Positions 10,436 through 19,450 of a stretch of DNA of 64,000 nucleotides are shown here, piece by piece. Source of the DNA: an uncultured delta proteobacterium. Lineage in GTDB: Bacteria > Desulfobacterota > Desulfobacteria > Desulfobacterales > Desulfosalsimonadaceae. Numbering within the stretch: the stretch's first letter is position 1; every line of letters starts with the position of its first letter. Below the pieces are notes generated by a model. It saw only the letters and a list, made by a program, of their open reading frames with translations. It was not told the origin of the DNA and searched no databases. The DNA lies in contig CAWGYD010000006.1 of assembly GCA_963826785.1 (NCBI GenBank), positions 896,001-960,000 of the forward strand, given 5' to 3'. Both the position numbers and the translations under genes were made by a program.

Positions 10436-10782
10436 TACTTTCTGGGTTTTAAATCCGTAAACGACAACACCTTGGCGCCGTCGGTCTTTGGGGTGTTTTT
10501 TGCTTTTTTTTGCTTTTCTATTTCTTCCGGGGCTTCAGGAATTTCTTCTGCGGGGGCCACCACTTTTTCCAGCCGCATCGCCTTGCCCCCCATGGTAAAT
10601 GGTTCCCCCCCGATATAGACATCCCGCAATATCCAGGTAACCGTCTGCAGGGGGATCTGGAGAAGCAGCAGCCGGACCTGGTACCAGTCTTTCTTCACAT
10701 CCGGTGAGATATCCTCGATGCGGGCAAAGGTCATGGGCTGTTCTTCGAAATAAATTAAGATAATATCATTGATCTGGGCCAT
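10435..10782 (-). CDS. Hypothetical protein
   Basis: Protein-like ORF that abuts the DUF1848 gene; start could also be 10800. Confidence 0.7.
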   Translation of the reverse strand: MAQINDIILIYFEEQPMTFARIEDISPDVKKDWYQVRLLLLQIPLQTVTWILRDVYIGGEPFTMGGKAMRLEKVVAPAEEIPEAPEEIEKQKKAKNTPKTDGAKVLSFTDLKPRK

Positions 10783-10824
10783 ATTTTCACCATGATACAA
10801 AAATAAGAAGACAGGGGTCGGTTT

Positions 10825-11547
10825 TCAATCATTGATTTTCGGAAAAACCAAGGTTCGCAGCCATCCGATGAATGTGTTGTGCAAAAGATTGCTCCGATCG
10901 ATGGCATCGATGTCTTTTTTCAGCCGGTCCGGGTCGGCAAACCAGTCGGAGCGCCTGCGCATGGGCATGTCCGGGTCCAGATGCCTGACCACCCGGGCGG
11001 GATTCCCTGCGGCCACGGTATTGGGCGGCACCGGGTGGAGCACCACGGAACCGGCGCCGATAATGCTGTTTTCCCCGATGGTGACCCCCTTGCAGATGGT
11101 GGCGTGATCCCCGATCCAGGCATTGTCGCCGATATGGACCGGCTCCGGGATGCCCATGGACCATACCCGGTCGTAAATGCCATGCCAGTCGGTATCGGTA
11201 ATGTAGGCGCCCCCGGCGATCATGCAATTGTCGCCGATGCGGATCTCTTCTGCGGAACTGATCCGCACTCCCGGGCAGATCAGGCAGTAGTCGCCCATGG
11301 TGATGCGCCCGTGTCCCTCTTTTTCTGCCCACACGGTCAGCCGGATCTTGTTTTCTCCCGTGGTGATCATGTTGGCGAATTTGCCGATGCGGATGGGGCC
11401 ACCGAAGACCTTCACGTTCCATGGCCCCAGAATGGTGTGTCCAGGCCCAAGCGCGTCAAACTGGGGTTTTAAAAAATGGCGGGCGTATAATGCCTGAAGG
11501 CGGATATGGGCTTTTTTGAGGTAATAGGGGCGATGATCTCTTCTCAA
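10825..11547 (-). CDS. Hexapeptide-repeat (LbH) acyltransferase
   Basis: Repeats IGDNCMI, IGDNAWIG, IGENSIIGAGSVV, AGNPAR. Confidence 0.9.
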   Translation of the reverse strand: MRRDHRPYYLKKAHIRLQALYARHFLKPQFDALGPGHTILGPWNVKVFGGPIRIGKFANMITTGENKIRLTVWAEKEGHGRITMGDYCLICPGVRISSAEEIRIGDNCMIAGGAYITDTDWHGIYDRVWSMGIPEPVHIGDNAWIGDHATICKGVTIGENSIIGAGSVVLHPVPPNTVAAGNPARVVRHLDPDMPMRRRSDWFADPDRLKKDIDAIDRSNLLHNTFIGWLRTLVFPKIND

Positions 11548-12607
11548 TCAGACCTGCCTCGGGTGATTGCCGGCGCGAATTCAAAGGTTTCCCAGAACCG
11601 GTGTGAAAAAAGGACGGACGCGGGAGAAAGGCCGTACAGGGCGTCAGCTGCCATGATCACTACGCCGTTGGTCCAGGTGATCTTATCCTCGGGCCAGATG
11701 ACCATGTCCGGAAAGGTGAAACCGCACCAGTAGGAGCCGTCCTCGAATTTGCGCTCGCTGATCCAGTTGAACATGATTTCGGCGATTCCATGGTTGTCCA
11801 TGCCGGCCAGCGCTAAAATCAACTCCGAGGTTTCCGCGATGGTGACCCAGGGGCGATCGGAAACGCACAGGACGCCCATTTCCTCCACGATGAATTTTTT
11901 CCAGTGCTGATCGATCCGCTTGCGGGCGCCGGCCCCGGTGAGGGCGCCGGAAAGCACCGGATAGAACCAGTCCATGGAAAAGCGGGATTTGGTCATGTTG
12001 AAGCGGTGATATCCGTTCCGAATGGCATCCCCCAGCCGAATCAGTGCCGATTTCCATTCCGGCCTGTTTTCGTCCAGGATCTGCGCCATGGCCAGGCCGC
12101 ACTTGAGGCTCATGAACACCGAACTGGAACCGGTCAGCAGGGCCATGTGGTCGATTTTTAAATCCGGGCTCTTGGCCCAGTAGATCTCCCCGGTGGGGGA
12201 CTGCATGTCCACGGCGAAATCCAGGGCCGCGCAGACGCATCCCCACATGTTCTTCAAAAAAGAAAGATCGCGTGTGATCAGGTAGTAATGGAACACGCCG
12301 ACGGCGATATAGGTGGAAATATTGGTATCCCGGGTCGGATCCAATACGTCTCCCTCCAGGTAGGCGGAATACCAGCTACCGTCTTCCAGCTGCATCCCGG
12401 CCAGCCATTCATAGGCGCGGCGGGCTTCTTCGAGGTAGCCGCCGATGGACAGGCCCATGGCCGCTTCCACGTGGTCCCAGGGATCGGTCTTTCCCCCCGT
12501 GACCAGGGAATTTCGCCGCTGGCCTTCTGGATATCGGCAATCGATCGGGCAATTACATCAATATCAAATGAAATTTGGTGCTTTTTCCGGGGAACCTCCA
12601 GATTCAT
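11544..12607 (-). pseudogene. Prenyltransferase/squalene-oxidase-repeat-like (alpha/alpha barrel) protein, frameshifted as sequenced
   Basis: ORF from 12607 (..Q..SGEIPWSRG) joins ORF 11544-12470 in another frame (KTDPWDHVEAAMGL) if one G is added to the run at 12493-12498; Q..DGSW and Q..GEI.W repeats. Confidence 0.7.
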
Positions 12608-12779
12608 GAGCGTCTCTTTCCTTCTCCAGTCCTATCAGCCCCAACAGCGTCCCCAGCAATGGTGCCGGAGCAGCCTTTATTATAAAAAATGATTAATATG
12701 CCAGAAAATTCAAGAAGGATCAACAGGTTTTGGCAATCCGTCAGCAATCGGCCGGCACTTCGCCGGCAAGAAAAGATGC

Positions 12780-12808
12780 TTGACTGTATCGGCTAAGCGA
12801 CTTAGTTT
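12780..12808 (+). promoter_or_regulatory. Putative sigma70 promoter of the cooC operon
   Basis: TTGACT-17 bp-TAGTTT about 50 bp upstream of ATG 12858. Confidence 0.5.
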
Positions 12809-12857
12809 CTCTTGATTGTTTCAAAATCACACTTTTAGGAAAGGAGTCATCGATCAC

Positions 12858-13607
12858 ATGGCATATACGATTGCACTGGCGGGAAAGGGCGGCACCGGGA
12901 AGACCACCCTGGCCGGACTGCTGATTAAATATCTGACCCGGAAGGGGAAAACCCCTATTCTGGCGGTGGATGCGGATTCAAATTTTAATTTAAACGAAGT
13001 GCTGGGACTTGAGGTGACCGATACCCTGGGCCAGGCCCGTGAGGACATGAAAAAAGGGGTGGTGCCCAGCGGCATGACCAAGGACGTGTTCATGTCCATG
13101 CGGATGGAAGAAGCGGTCATGGAAAGCGGTGACTACGACCTGATCGTCATGGGGCAGCCGGAAGGGGCGGGCTGTTATTGCGCGGCCAACACCCTGCTGA
13201 CCAACAACCTGGAGAAGCTTTCGGAGAATTACCCCTACATCGTCATGGACAACGAAGCCGGCATGGAGCATATCAGCCGGCTGACCACCAAGAACGTGGA
13301 TGTGCTGCTGATCGTCACGGACCCGTCCCGGCGGGGTCTGCAGGCGGCCCTGCGGATTCACAAGCTGGCCCAGGAGTTGCGCATCGGCGTGGTCAAAAGC
13401 TGCCTGATCATCAACCAGGCCAAAAATGGTGTGCCCGAGGATGTCAAGGCCATGATTGCAGACAGCGGCATCGAGTTTGCCGGAACCGTGCCCGAAGACG
13501 AAACCGTGTATGAATACGATTTTTCAGGCAAGCCCACGGTCACCATGCCCGAGGAGAGCAAAGCGGTCCGGGCGGCATTCGGCATATTCGACCAGATTAT
13601 TGCATAA
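12858..13607 (+). CDS. cooC: CooC/AcsF-type nickel-insertion ATPase (CODH/ACS maturation)
   Basis: GKGGTGKTT, DAD, GCYC, DNEAGMEHISR; RBS AAGGAG at 12841. Confidence 0.88.
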   Translation: MAYTIALAGKGGTGKTTLAGLLIKYLTRKGKTPILAVDADSNFNLNEVLGLEVTDTLGQAREDMKKGVVPSGMTKDVFMSMRMEEAVMESGDYDLIVMGQPEGAGCYCAANTLLTNNLEKLSENYPYIVMDNEAGMEHISRLTTKNVDVLLIVTDPSRRGLQAALRIHKLAQELRIGVVKSCLIINQAKNGVPEDVKAMIADSGIEFAGTVPEDETVYEYDFSGKPTVTMPEESKAVRAAFGIFDQIIA

Positions 13608-13634
13608 GGCCTTCACCGCAGGTGTCTGCGTTAC

Positions 13635-14456
13635 ATGATATCCCCGTATAATCGTCTCCATATCTACTATCTCAAGGGCCGGATCAAACCGGGAGGACCG
13701 GCCCCGGGGCCGGATTTCATCGGCAACTGGGAAGAAGGGGATACTTCTTTCCTTTTTTTCAAAAGCCCCGCCCGGCCCCAGGTGGAAGCCATCCTGTCGA
13801 GCCAGCCCCATCTTGAACTCACAGACGTCTATGAAATGTCATATGACGACTGGCACGGCGCGCCGCTGACGCCGATGTCTGCAGGGCGGTTTCTGATCGT
13901 TCCGCCCTGGATGGATCCGGATCTGATCCCGGGGCCATCTGAAATCAGGATCACGCTGGACCCGGGGGTGGTGTTCGGTGCCGGCAATCATCCCACCACC
14001 TGCGACTGCCTGTTCGCCATCGAATTGATCGCGGGCCGGCATCCGGTGGGCTCGGCGCTGGACCTGGGAACCGGCACCGGGGTCCTGGCCCTTGCCGCGG
14101 CCAAAATGGGAAGCCGCCGGAACCTGGCCGTGGACAGCAATTTCCTGGCGGCGAAAACCGCCGCGAAAAATATATCCCGGAATCATCTTGATGGCAAGGT
14201 ACTGGCCTGCTGCGGATTGGCCGAGGATTTTATGGATATCCGGGCGGACCTGCTGATCGCAAACATCCATTTCGATGTGATGCGGCGTTTGGTGGCGCAT
14301 CCCGGCTTTCTCGAGAAAAAATGGTTCATCCTGTCCGGTATGCTGAGCAAAGAGGCCATGCAGATCGAAAAAATGTGCTCCCGCCTGCCGGTCTCCATCA
14401 TTGAAAAGCGGGTAAAGGACGGCATCTGGCACACCTTCTGCGGATCGATTGGGTAA
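13635..14456 (+). CDS. PrmA-like SAM-dependent methyltransferase
   Basis: IVPPW, LDPGVVFGAGNHPTT, LDLGTGTGVLA, ANI, ILSG; N-terminus atypical for PrmA. Confidence 0.8.
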   Translation: MISPYNRLHIYYLKGRIKPGGPAPGPDFIGNWEEGDTSFLFFKSPARPQVEAILSSQPHLELTDVYEMSYDDWHGAPLTPMSAGRFLIVPPWMDPDLIPGPSEIRITLDPGVVFGAGNHPTTCDCLFAIELIAGRHPVGSALDLGTGTGVLALAAAKMGSRRNLAVDSNFLAAKTAAKNISRNHLDGKVLACCGLAEDFMDIRADLLIANIHFDVMRRLVAHPGFLEKKWFILSGMLSKEAMQIEKMCSRLPVSIIEKRVKDGIWHTFCGSIG

Positions 14457-14554
14457 ACAGACCATCATGATTCAATCCCGGTTGATCATATGCCGGGAAG
14501 AAAACAGGAAAGAAGCCCTCAGGATCAATGACTTGAAAAGGTTGTAAACAGCCG

Positions 14555-16096
14555 ATGGAAAACCGAGCTTTCCCCGGATGGGTCATTCCCGTATGCATGA
14601 CACCGCCGTCTTTGGGCGACAACCGGGCAGACGCCGACCGTCTGGCCGCCGCCCTGAAATCAGCGCTCACCACCGATGCCGTGGAGATCGACCTGCCCCT
14701 GCTGCGTTGTCTTTCCGGTTTGCTCCGGCAATATGATTATAAGGTCCGGTGTGTCTGCCTGAAAGCCCAGGGCCGCTGGCGATTGACCGGGCTTGCCCCC
14801 GTAGACAGCGCTTTGGCATTGGCCGGCGTGGCCATCGATCTGGGGACCACCCGGGTGGTGCTTCGGCTCATCGATCTGGAAACAGGAGAAGAATTGGCCG
14901 AAACCGCCATGGACAACCCCCAGATCGCCATCGGCCCGGATGTTCTGGAACGGATCCATTTCGCGGACAGGAAAGCGGGTCTGGATACCCTTCACCGCCT
15001 GGTGATCGATGGCCTGAATCGGCAAATTCGCCACTTGTGCGAAACCGCCGGAATAAAGCCGTCTGACGTGCACCTGCTGGCCCTGGCCGGAAACACCAGC
15101 ATGACCCACCTGTTTCTGGGCCTTCCCCCCGGCGGCATCATCCGGGAGCCCTACATCCCGGCGGCAAATACTTTTGCACCCATCCGGGCCGCCGAACTGG
15201 GCCTGGCTGCGGGCGAACATGCCCGGGTTTTCGTGTTTCCCAACGTGGGAAGCTATTTCGGCGGGGACCTCATCTCGGGCATCCTCTATTCGGGCCTGCA
15301 CCGAAGAGAAGAGATCGCCATGCTGGTGGATGTGGGCACCAACGCCGAGGTGCTGCTGGGCAACCGGGACTGGCTGGTGGCCTGCGCGGGCGCCGCCGGT
15401 CCGGCCCTGGAAGGGGGCGTGTCCGACATCGGCATGACGGCAAAGCCGGGGGTCATCGACCGGGTGGATATCGATTCTAACGGTGAACTGGCCTTTCATG
15501 CCATAGGGGAGCAAAAGCCGGTGGGCATCTGCGGTTCCGGCATGATCGACCTGGCCGCCCAGCTGTTTGTATCCGGCAGGATCGATATCCGGGGCCGCCT
15601 GGTGCCGGAAAAATGCGGCCATCGGCTGAAGGAAGAAGAGGGGATGCGCGGGATCATCATCGTTCCCGGTGCTCAGTCCGCGACCGGCCGGGACCTGTCC
15701 ATCAGCCAGGCAGACATCGACAGCCTGGTGCGCTCCAAGGCCGCCATGTACACCATCCTGGAGACCATCACCGCTTACGTCGGGGTGGGCTTCACCGATC
15801 TTTCCGTGTTTTACGTGGCCGGCACCTTCGGATCCTTTATCCGGCCCCGGTCCGCCATCACCATCGGCATGATCCCGGACCTGCCGGAGCGTTGTTTTCA
15901 AGTGCTGGGCAACAGTTCCCTGGGCGGCGCGAGCCTTCTGCTCAAACAAAGGGGGGCCATGGATGAGATCGAGGCCATCCGCGACCGGATCACCTACCTG
16001 GAGTTAAACGTCAACCAGGAATTCATGAACCGGTTCAGCGCCGCCAAATTCATCCCCCACACAGACCCGTCCCTGTTTCCTTCCGTTCATTTTTGA
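14555..16096 (+). CDS. ASKHA-domain reductive activator of corrinoid proteins (RACo/DUF4445-like), without N-terminal ferredoxin domain
   Basis: PPSLGDNRAD, IDLGTT, NPQ, AGN, SYFGGD, DVGTNAE, AGAAGPALEG, GICGSG, GNSSL. Confidence 0.85.
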   Translation: MENRAFPGWVIPVCMTPPSLGDNRADADRLAAALKSALTTDAVEIDLPLLRCLSGLLRQYDYKVRCVCLKAQGRWRLTGLAPVDSALALAGVAIDLGTTRVVLRLIDLETGEELAETAMDNPQIAIGPDVLERIHFADRKAGLDTLHRLVIDGLNRQIRHLCETAGIKPSDVHLLALAGNTSMTHLFLGLPPGGIIREPYIPAANTFAPIRAAELGLAAGEHARVFVFPNVGSYFGGDLISGILYSGLHRREEIAMLVDVGTNAEVLLGNRDWLVACAGAAGPALEGGVSDIGMTAKPGVIDRVDIDSNGELAFHAIGEQKPVGICGSGMIDLAAQLFVSGRIDIRGRLVPEKCGHRLKEEEGMRGIIIVPGAQSATGRDLSISQADIDSLVRSKAAMYTILETITAYVGVGFTDLSVFYVAGTFGSFIRPRSAITIGMIPDLPERCFQVLGNSSLGGASLLLKQRGAMDEIEAIRDRITYLELNVNQEFMNRFSAAKFIPHTDPSLFPSVHF

Positions 16097-16212
16097 TCCC
16101 GGATTAACCCGTATATCTGAATAACCATCCCGCCACAGAGTTGCGAATCCCGAAAGAATGCCCCATCTATTTTTATAAGCCCGTCCAATTCAATATCATA
16201 AGAGGATAATTC

Positions 16213-17805
16213 GTGCGCGATCAACTCAACGCGGTTTTTGCCGTGCTGACTGAAGCGGTGATGGTCTATTCCCGTGAGGGCCATCCCCTGCTGATCAATA
16301 AGGCCGCTGAAGCGCTTTTCGGGGCCGATGCCGCAGAAATGTCCGGAATCGATCTGTTCCACTTGACCAATGCCGGTAAAAAGCCGGTGCAAGGTGACCG
16401 GTCTGTTTTTGAACGGGTGCTCGAAGGTGAAGCGGTTGCAGATGAACCGTTTCATGTAGATCCAGTCGGAGGCGATGTCCGCAAGGTCAGGATTACCGCC
16501 ATACCGTTGATGAAGGAGGGGGAGATTGCCGGCGTGGCAATCGTTGCCCGGGACCGGACAAAACATGACCTTTTGATCAAAAACCTTGAAAAAGAACAAG
16601 CGGCGCTCAAGGCCGTAATTGAAAATGCGCCCGAAGCCATCGTGGTCACCGATGATCAATGCCGGATTATTATGACCAACCCTGCCGCCGAGAAGATCTG
16701 CGGCCGCTGCGCCGCAGACGGACGGGGGTCGTTTTACCGGCAATTCAAGAGGCGTTATCTGGAGCCCGACTCCCCGGATCCATTGGAACTGCCGCTGAAC
16801 CGGGCCGTATTTAACGGAGAGATCATCACCAATCATGAAATGGCCACCGTGCTCCCCGACGGACGGATCAGATATATTCGGGTCAACGCCGCCCCCATCC
16901 GGAATCCCGATGATGAGATCACCGGTGCGGTGGGCATTTTTCAGGATATCACCCAGCGCAAAAAGGAAAAGCTCGAACTTCAGCACGCCCGCATTGGACT
17001 GGAAAAACAGGTGGAAGGCCGGACTGCCGAACTGTCGGCCGGTATTGAGGCGCTGAAAACCGAAATCCGGGAGCGCGGCCGCATCGAATCCGAATTGATC
17101 TGCTCCCAGGAGAAACTGCGGAAAATGTCTCAGCAGATGCTCGAATCCATGGAAGCGGATCGGCGGCAGGTGGCCAAAGAGATTCATGACAGCATCGGGG
17201 CGAGCCTGTCGGCCATCAAATTCGGCCTGGAAGCCAAGCTGGCCAAAATGGCCCCGGAGCCCCCTGACAATCTCTTTTCCCTGGAAAACATCATTGCCAA
17301 CCTGAAGCAGACCATCAAGGAAACCAAGCAGGTATCGGCATTTTTGCGGCCCACCATGCTTGATGAACTGGGATTGATGGCCACCCTCCAGTGGTTTTGC
17401 CGCGAGTTTCAGTCCATCTACCAGAACATCCGTATCGAGCAGCAGGTGGACATCGGCGAAAAAGAGATCCCGGATTCCATCAAAATCGTAATTTACCGCA
17501 TCCTCCAGGAAACCATGAACAACGCCGCCAAGCATGCCCGTCCGGACCGGATTTATTTTTCCCTGCGCAACCGCAACGGCAGCATCGAATTGTTCATCGA
17601 AGACAACGGCGTCGGATTCGATCCTGGAAAAAGGATGAAAGTAATCGATCCCATGAGCGGCCACGGCATCATCGGCATGCGGGACCGGGCGGAAATCTGC
17701 GGTGGTTCCTTCGAACTTCATTCCGCGCCCCGGTCCGGCACCCGCATCCGGGTGCTGCTTCCCACGGACACGCCGGAACCCGGGCAAGCGCCGGCCGCTA
17801 TTTAA
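16213..17805 (+). CDS. Cytoplasmic PAS-PAS sensor histidine kinase (HisKA_3/NarX-UhpB type)
   Basis: Two PAS/PAC segments; EIHDSIGASL H-box; LRPTMLDELGL; QETMNNAAKHA; DNGVGF; GIIGMRDR. Confidence 0.92.
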   Translation: MRDQLNAVFAVLTEAVMVYSREGHPLLINKAAEALFGADAAEMSGIDLFHLTNAGKKPVQGDRSVFERVLEGEAVADEPFHVDPVGGDVRKVRITAIPLMKEGEIAGVAIVARDRTKHDLLIKNLEKEQAALKAVIENAPEAIVVTDDQCRIIMTNPAAEKICGRCAADGRGSFYRQFKRRYLEPDSPDPLELPLNRAVFNGEIITNHEMATVLPDGRIRYIRVNAAPIRNPDDEITGAVGIFQDITQRKKEKLELQHARIGLEKQVEGRTAELSAGIEALKTEIRERGRIESELICSQEKLRKMSQQMLESMEADRRQVAKEIHDSIGASLSAIKFGLEAKLAKMAPEPPDNLFSLENIIANLKQTIKETKQVSAFLRPTMLDELGLMATLQWFCREFQSIYQNIRIEQQVDIGEKEIPDSIKIVIYRILQETMNNAAKHARPDRIYFSLRNRNGSIELFIEDNGVGFDPGKRMKVIDPMSGHGIIGMRDRAEICGGSFELHSAPRSGTRIRVLLPTDTPEPGQAPAAI

Positions 17806-17859
17806 GGATGATGACGCCCTGATGTCAGTAGCGGCTGAAATAGATTCCGTAAACGATCA

Positions 17860-17881
17860 AAATGGGGGGTATCCCCCATTT
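17860..17881. promoter_or_regulatory. Palindromic candidate operator
   Basis: AAATGGGGG-GTAT-CCCCCATTT upstream of gene 17947; resembles sites at 20646, 22457 and 30713. Confidence 0.45.
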
Positions 17882-17946
17882 CAAGCCAACGGGGAAATTC
17901 CTATAGTAGAAGGATCTAAGGTGAACATAACGAAAGGAGACGGACC

Positions 17947-18255
17947 ATGTCGATGCCCAAGGATGAAGCGCAGCAGGAAATGCTGGAAGCGTGGCGGAAT
18001 TATTTGAATGGACTGGAAAATTCACTGAACTGGCTGGATGGACAGGTCAAGGAAGCTTCTGAAATGGCCGGCATCTGCACCGACGAATGGTGCGAGGCCA
18101 CAGAGCATGTGATCGACGACCTGGCCAACGCGCTCTTTTCCATCAGTGAACCGCGGTTCTCCACCAAGGAGGATGAGCAGCGGATCAAGAAGCTCAAAAG
18201 AAGGGTTTATGACCTGTATGCCGATTATCGGCAGGTGTATCAGAAGACGGGATAG
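17947..18255 (+). CDS. Hypothetical helical protein
   Basis: RBS AAGGAG upstream; 102 aa; followed by a terminator. Confidence 0.8.
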   Translation: MSMPKDEAQQEMLEAWRNYLNGLENSLNWLDGQVKEASEMAGICTDEWCEATEHVIDDLANALFSISEPRFSTKEDEQRIKKLKRRVYDLYADYRQVYQKTG

Positions 18256-18282
18256 AACAAAACAGGCAAAAGAGGCAGTATC

Positions 18283-18321
18283 AAACGAAAAGAACGCCGC
18301 AGTCGGGCGTTCTTTTCGTTT
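18283..18321. terminator. Bidirectional intrinsic terminator
   Basis: Perfect 16-bp stem AAACGAAAAGAACGCC / GGCGTTCTTTTCGTTT between convergent genes. Confidence 0.8.
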
Positions 18322-18455
18322 ATAATTTATGAAAGGTTGCTTTGCAGCGCCTTGATGAAAGACGCAGATTTGAATTCAACCCAAGTTTTGCTATGATTTT
18401 TTTCGACCGCAGCTGCAGCGGCTCGAAAAACCATGTGGGATCAACAAAACATTCA

Positions 18456-19115
18456 CTACTTGTGGACCAGGCCCTGCTCGATGGCAAACGCGGTCAGGGA
18501 GGCCGCGCTGTGGAGATTGAGTTTGCTCATGATATTGGCCCGGTGCTTTTCCACGGTCTTGATACTGATGTTGAGCAGGTCTGCAATTTCCTTGTTCAGG
18601 TAGCCTTCGGCCAGGAGTTTGAGCACCTCGCGTTCCCGCTGGGTAATGGTGTCCCAGGAGGAGCGGGTCTTCAAGTGTTTGCGCCCTTCCAGGTATCCTT
18701 CCATGACATTGTCGGCCACCCCCGGGCTGATGTATGTTTTTCCATTCAACACGCTGTTGATGGCGATCAGCAGCTCTTCCCGGCTGGCATCCTTGATGCA
18801 GTAACCGTTGACACCTGCCTCGAAGGCTTCCAGCACGTACTGATCCGATTCATGAATCGTCAGCGCCAGGATCATAATGTCCGGATGAATCCGCCTGGCT
18901 TCCTTGATGACGCTGATGCCGCTCAGTCGCGGCATGGAAAGGTCGAGAAGCAATAAATCGGGAGGGCTTTTCTTGATAATTTCCAGGGCCGCCAGGCCGT
19001 CATTGGCTTCCCCGATCATCTTCAGGTCGCTTCGGTCTGCCAGCATGGCTTTAAGGCCTTCCCGAAACAACTGATGGTCCTCGGCGATCACCACTTTTTT
19101 AACTGACTCCATCAA
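18456..19115 (-). CDS. NarL/LuxR family response regulator
   Basis: REC domain (AEDH, LLDLSMP, LT, K) plus LuxR HTH ITQREREVLKLLAEGYLNKEIA..TVEKHRANIMSKL. Confidence 0.95.
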   Translation of the reverse strand: MMESVKKVVIAEDHQLFREGLKAMLADRSDLKMIGEANDGLAALEIIKKSPPDLLLLDLSMPRLSGISVIKEARRIHPDIMILALTIHESDQYVLEAFEAGVNGYCIKDASREELLIAINSVLNGKTYISPGVADNVMEGYLEGRKHLKTRSSWDTITQREREVLKLLAEGYLNKEIADLLNISIKTVEKHRANIMSKLNLHSAASLTAFAIEQGLVHK

Positions 19116-19396
19116 TTTCTTCCCCTCTTTGGAAAAAAATCACTGTAATATATGACGAATCTGTTCATGCGTGAACACGATCCCCTGCGTCAGAACCGTC
19201 GGATATGTACCATGTATTGCCTTAGTTAAATAAAATAACAAACGAATTTAACTATAGCAAGTAAATACTTTTTTTACCTAATAAATTTAGATTCTTGTCT
19301 GCAAACGAAGAGATTTTTTATGTCGCATGAGATCTATCGGATGCGTTTAGCAGCCCGGCGCTTGTCAGCGGGGTGCCGCTTTTGGGAATCCAAAAT

Positions 19397-19431
19397 AAAA
19401 AAGACCGGCTCCTGTTCATCAGGAGCCGGTC
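19397..19431 (-). terminator. Intrinsic terminator after the sigma factor gene
   Basis: 12-bp stem GACCGGCTCCTG / CAGGAGCCGGTC followed by a T-run on the minus strand. Confidence 0.75.
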
Positions 19432-19450
19432 ATGTAGCGGCAATGGGATA

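Noticed and set aside
16087..17787. 566-aa minus-strand ORF, plus other long antisense ORFs (e.g. 14660-15949, 29109-30350, 46653-48032, 49049-50227)
   Set aside because: These are shadows of well-supported genes on the opposite strand. They are expected at high GC and show no recognisable motifs.
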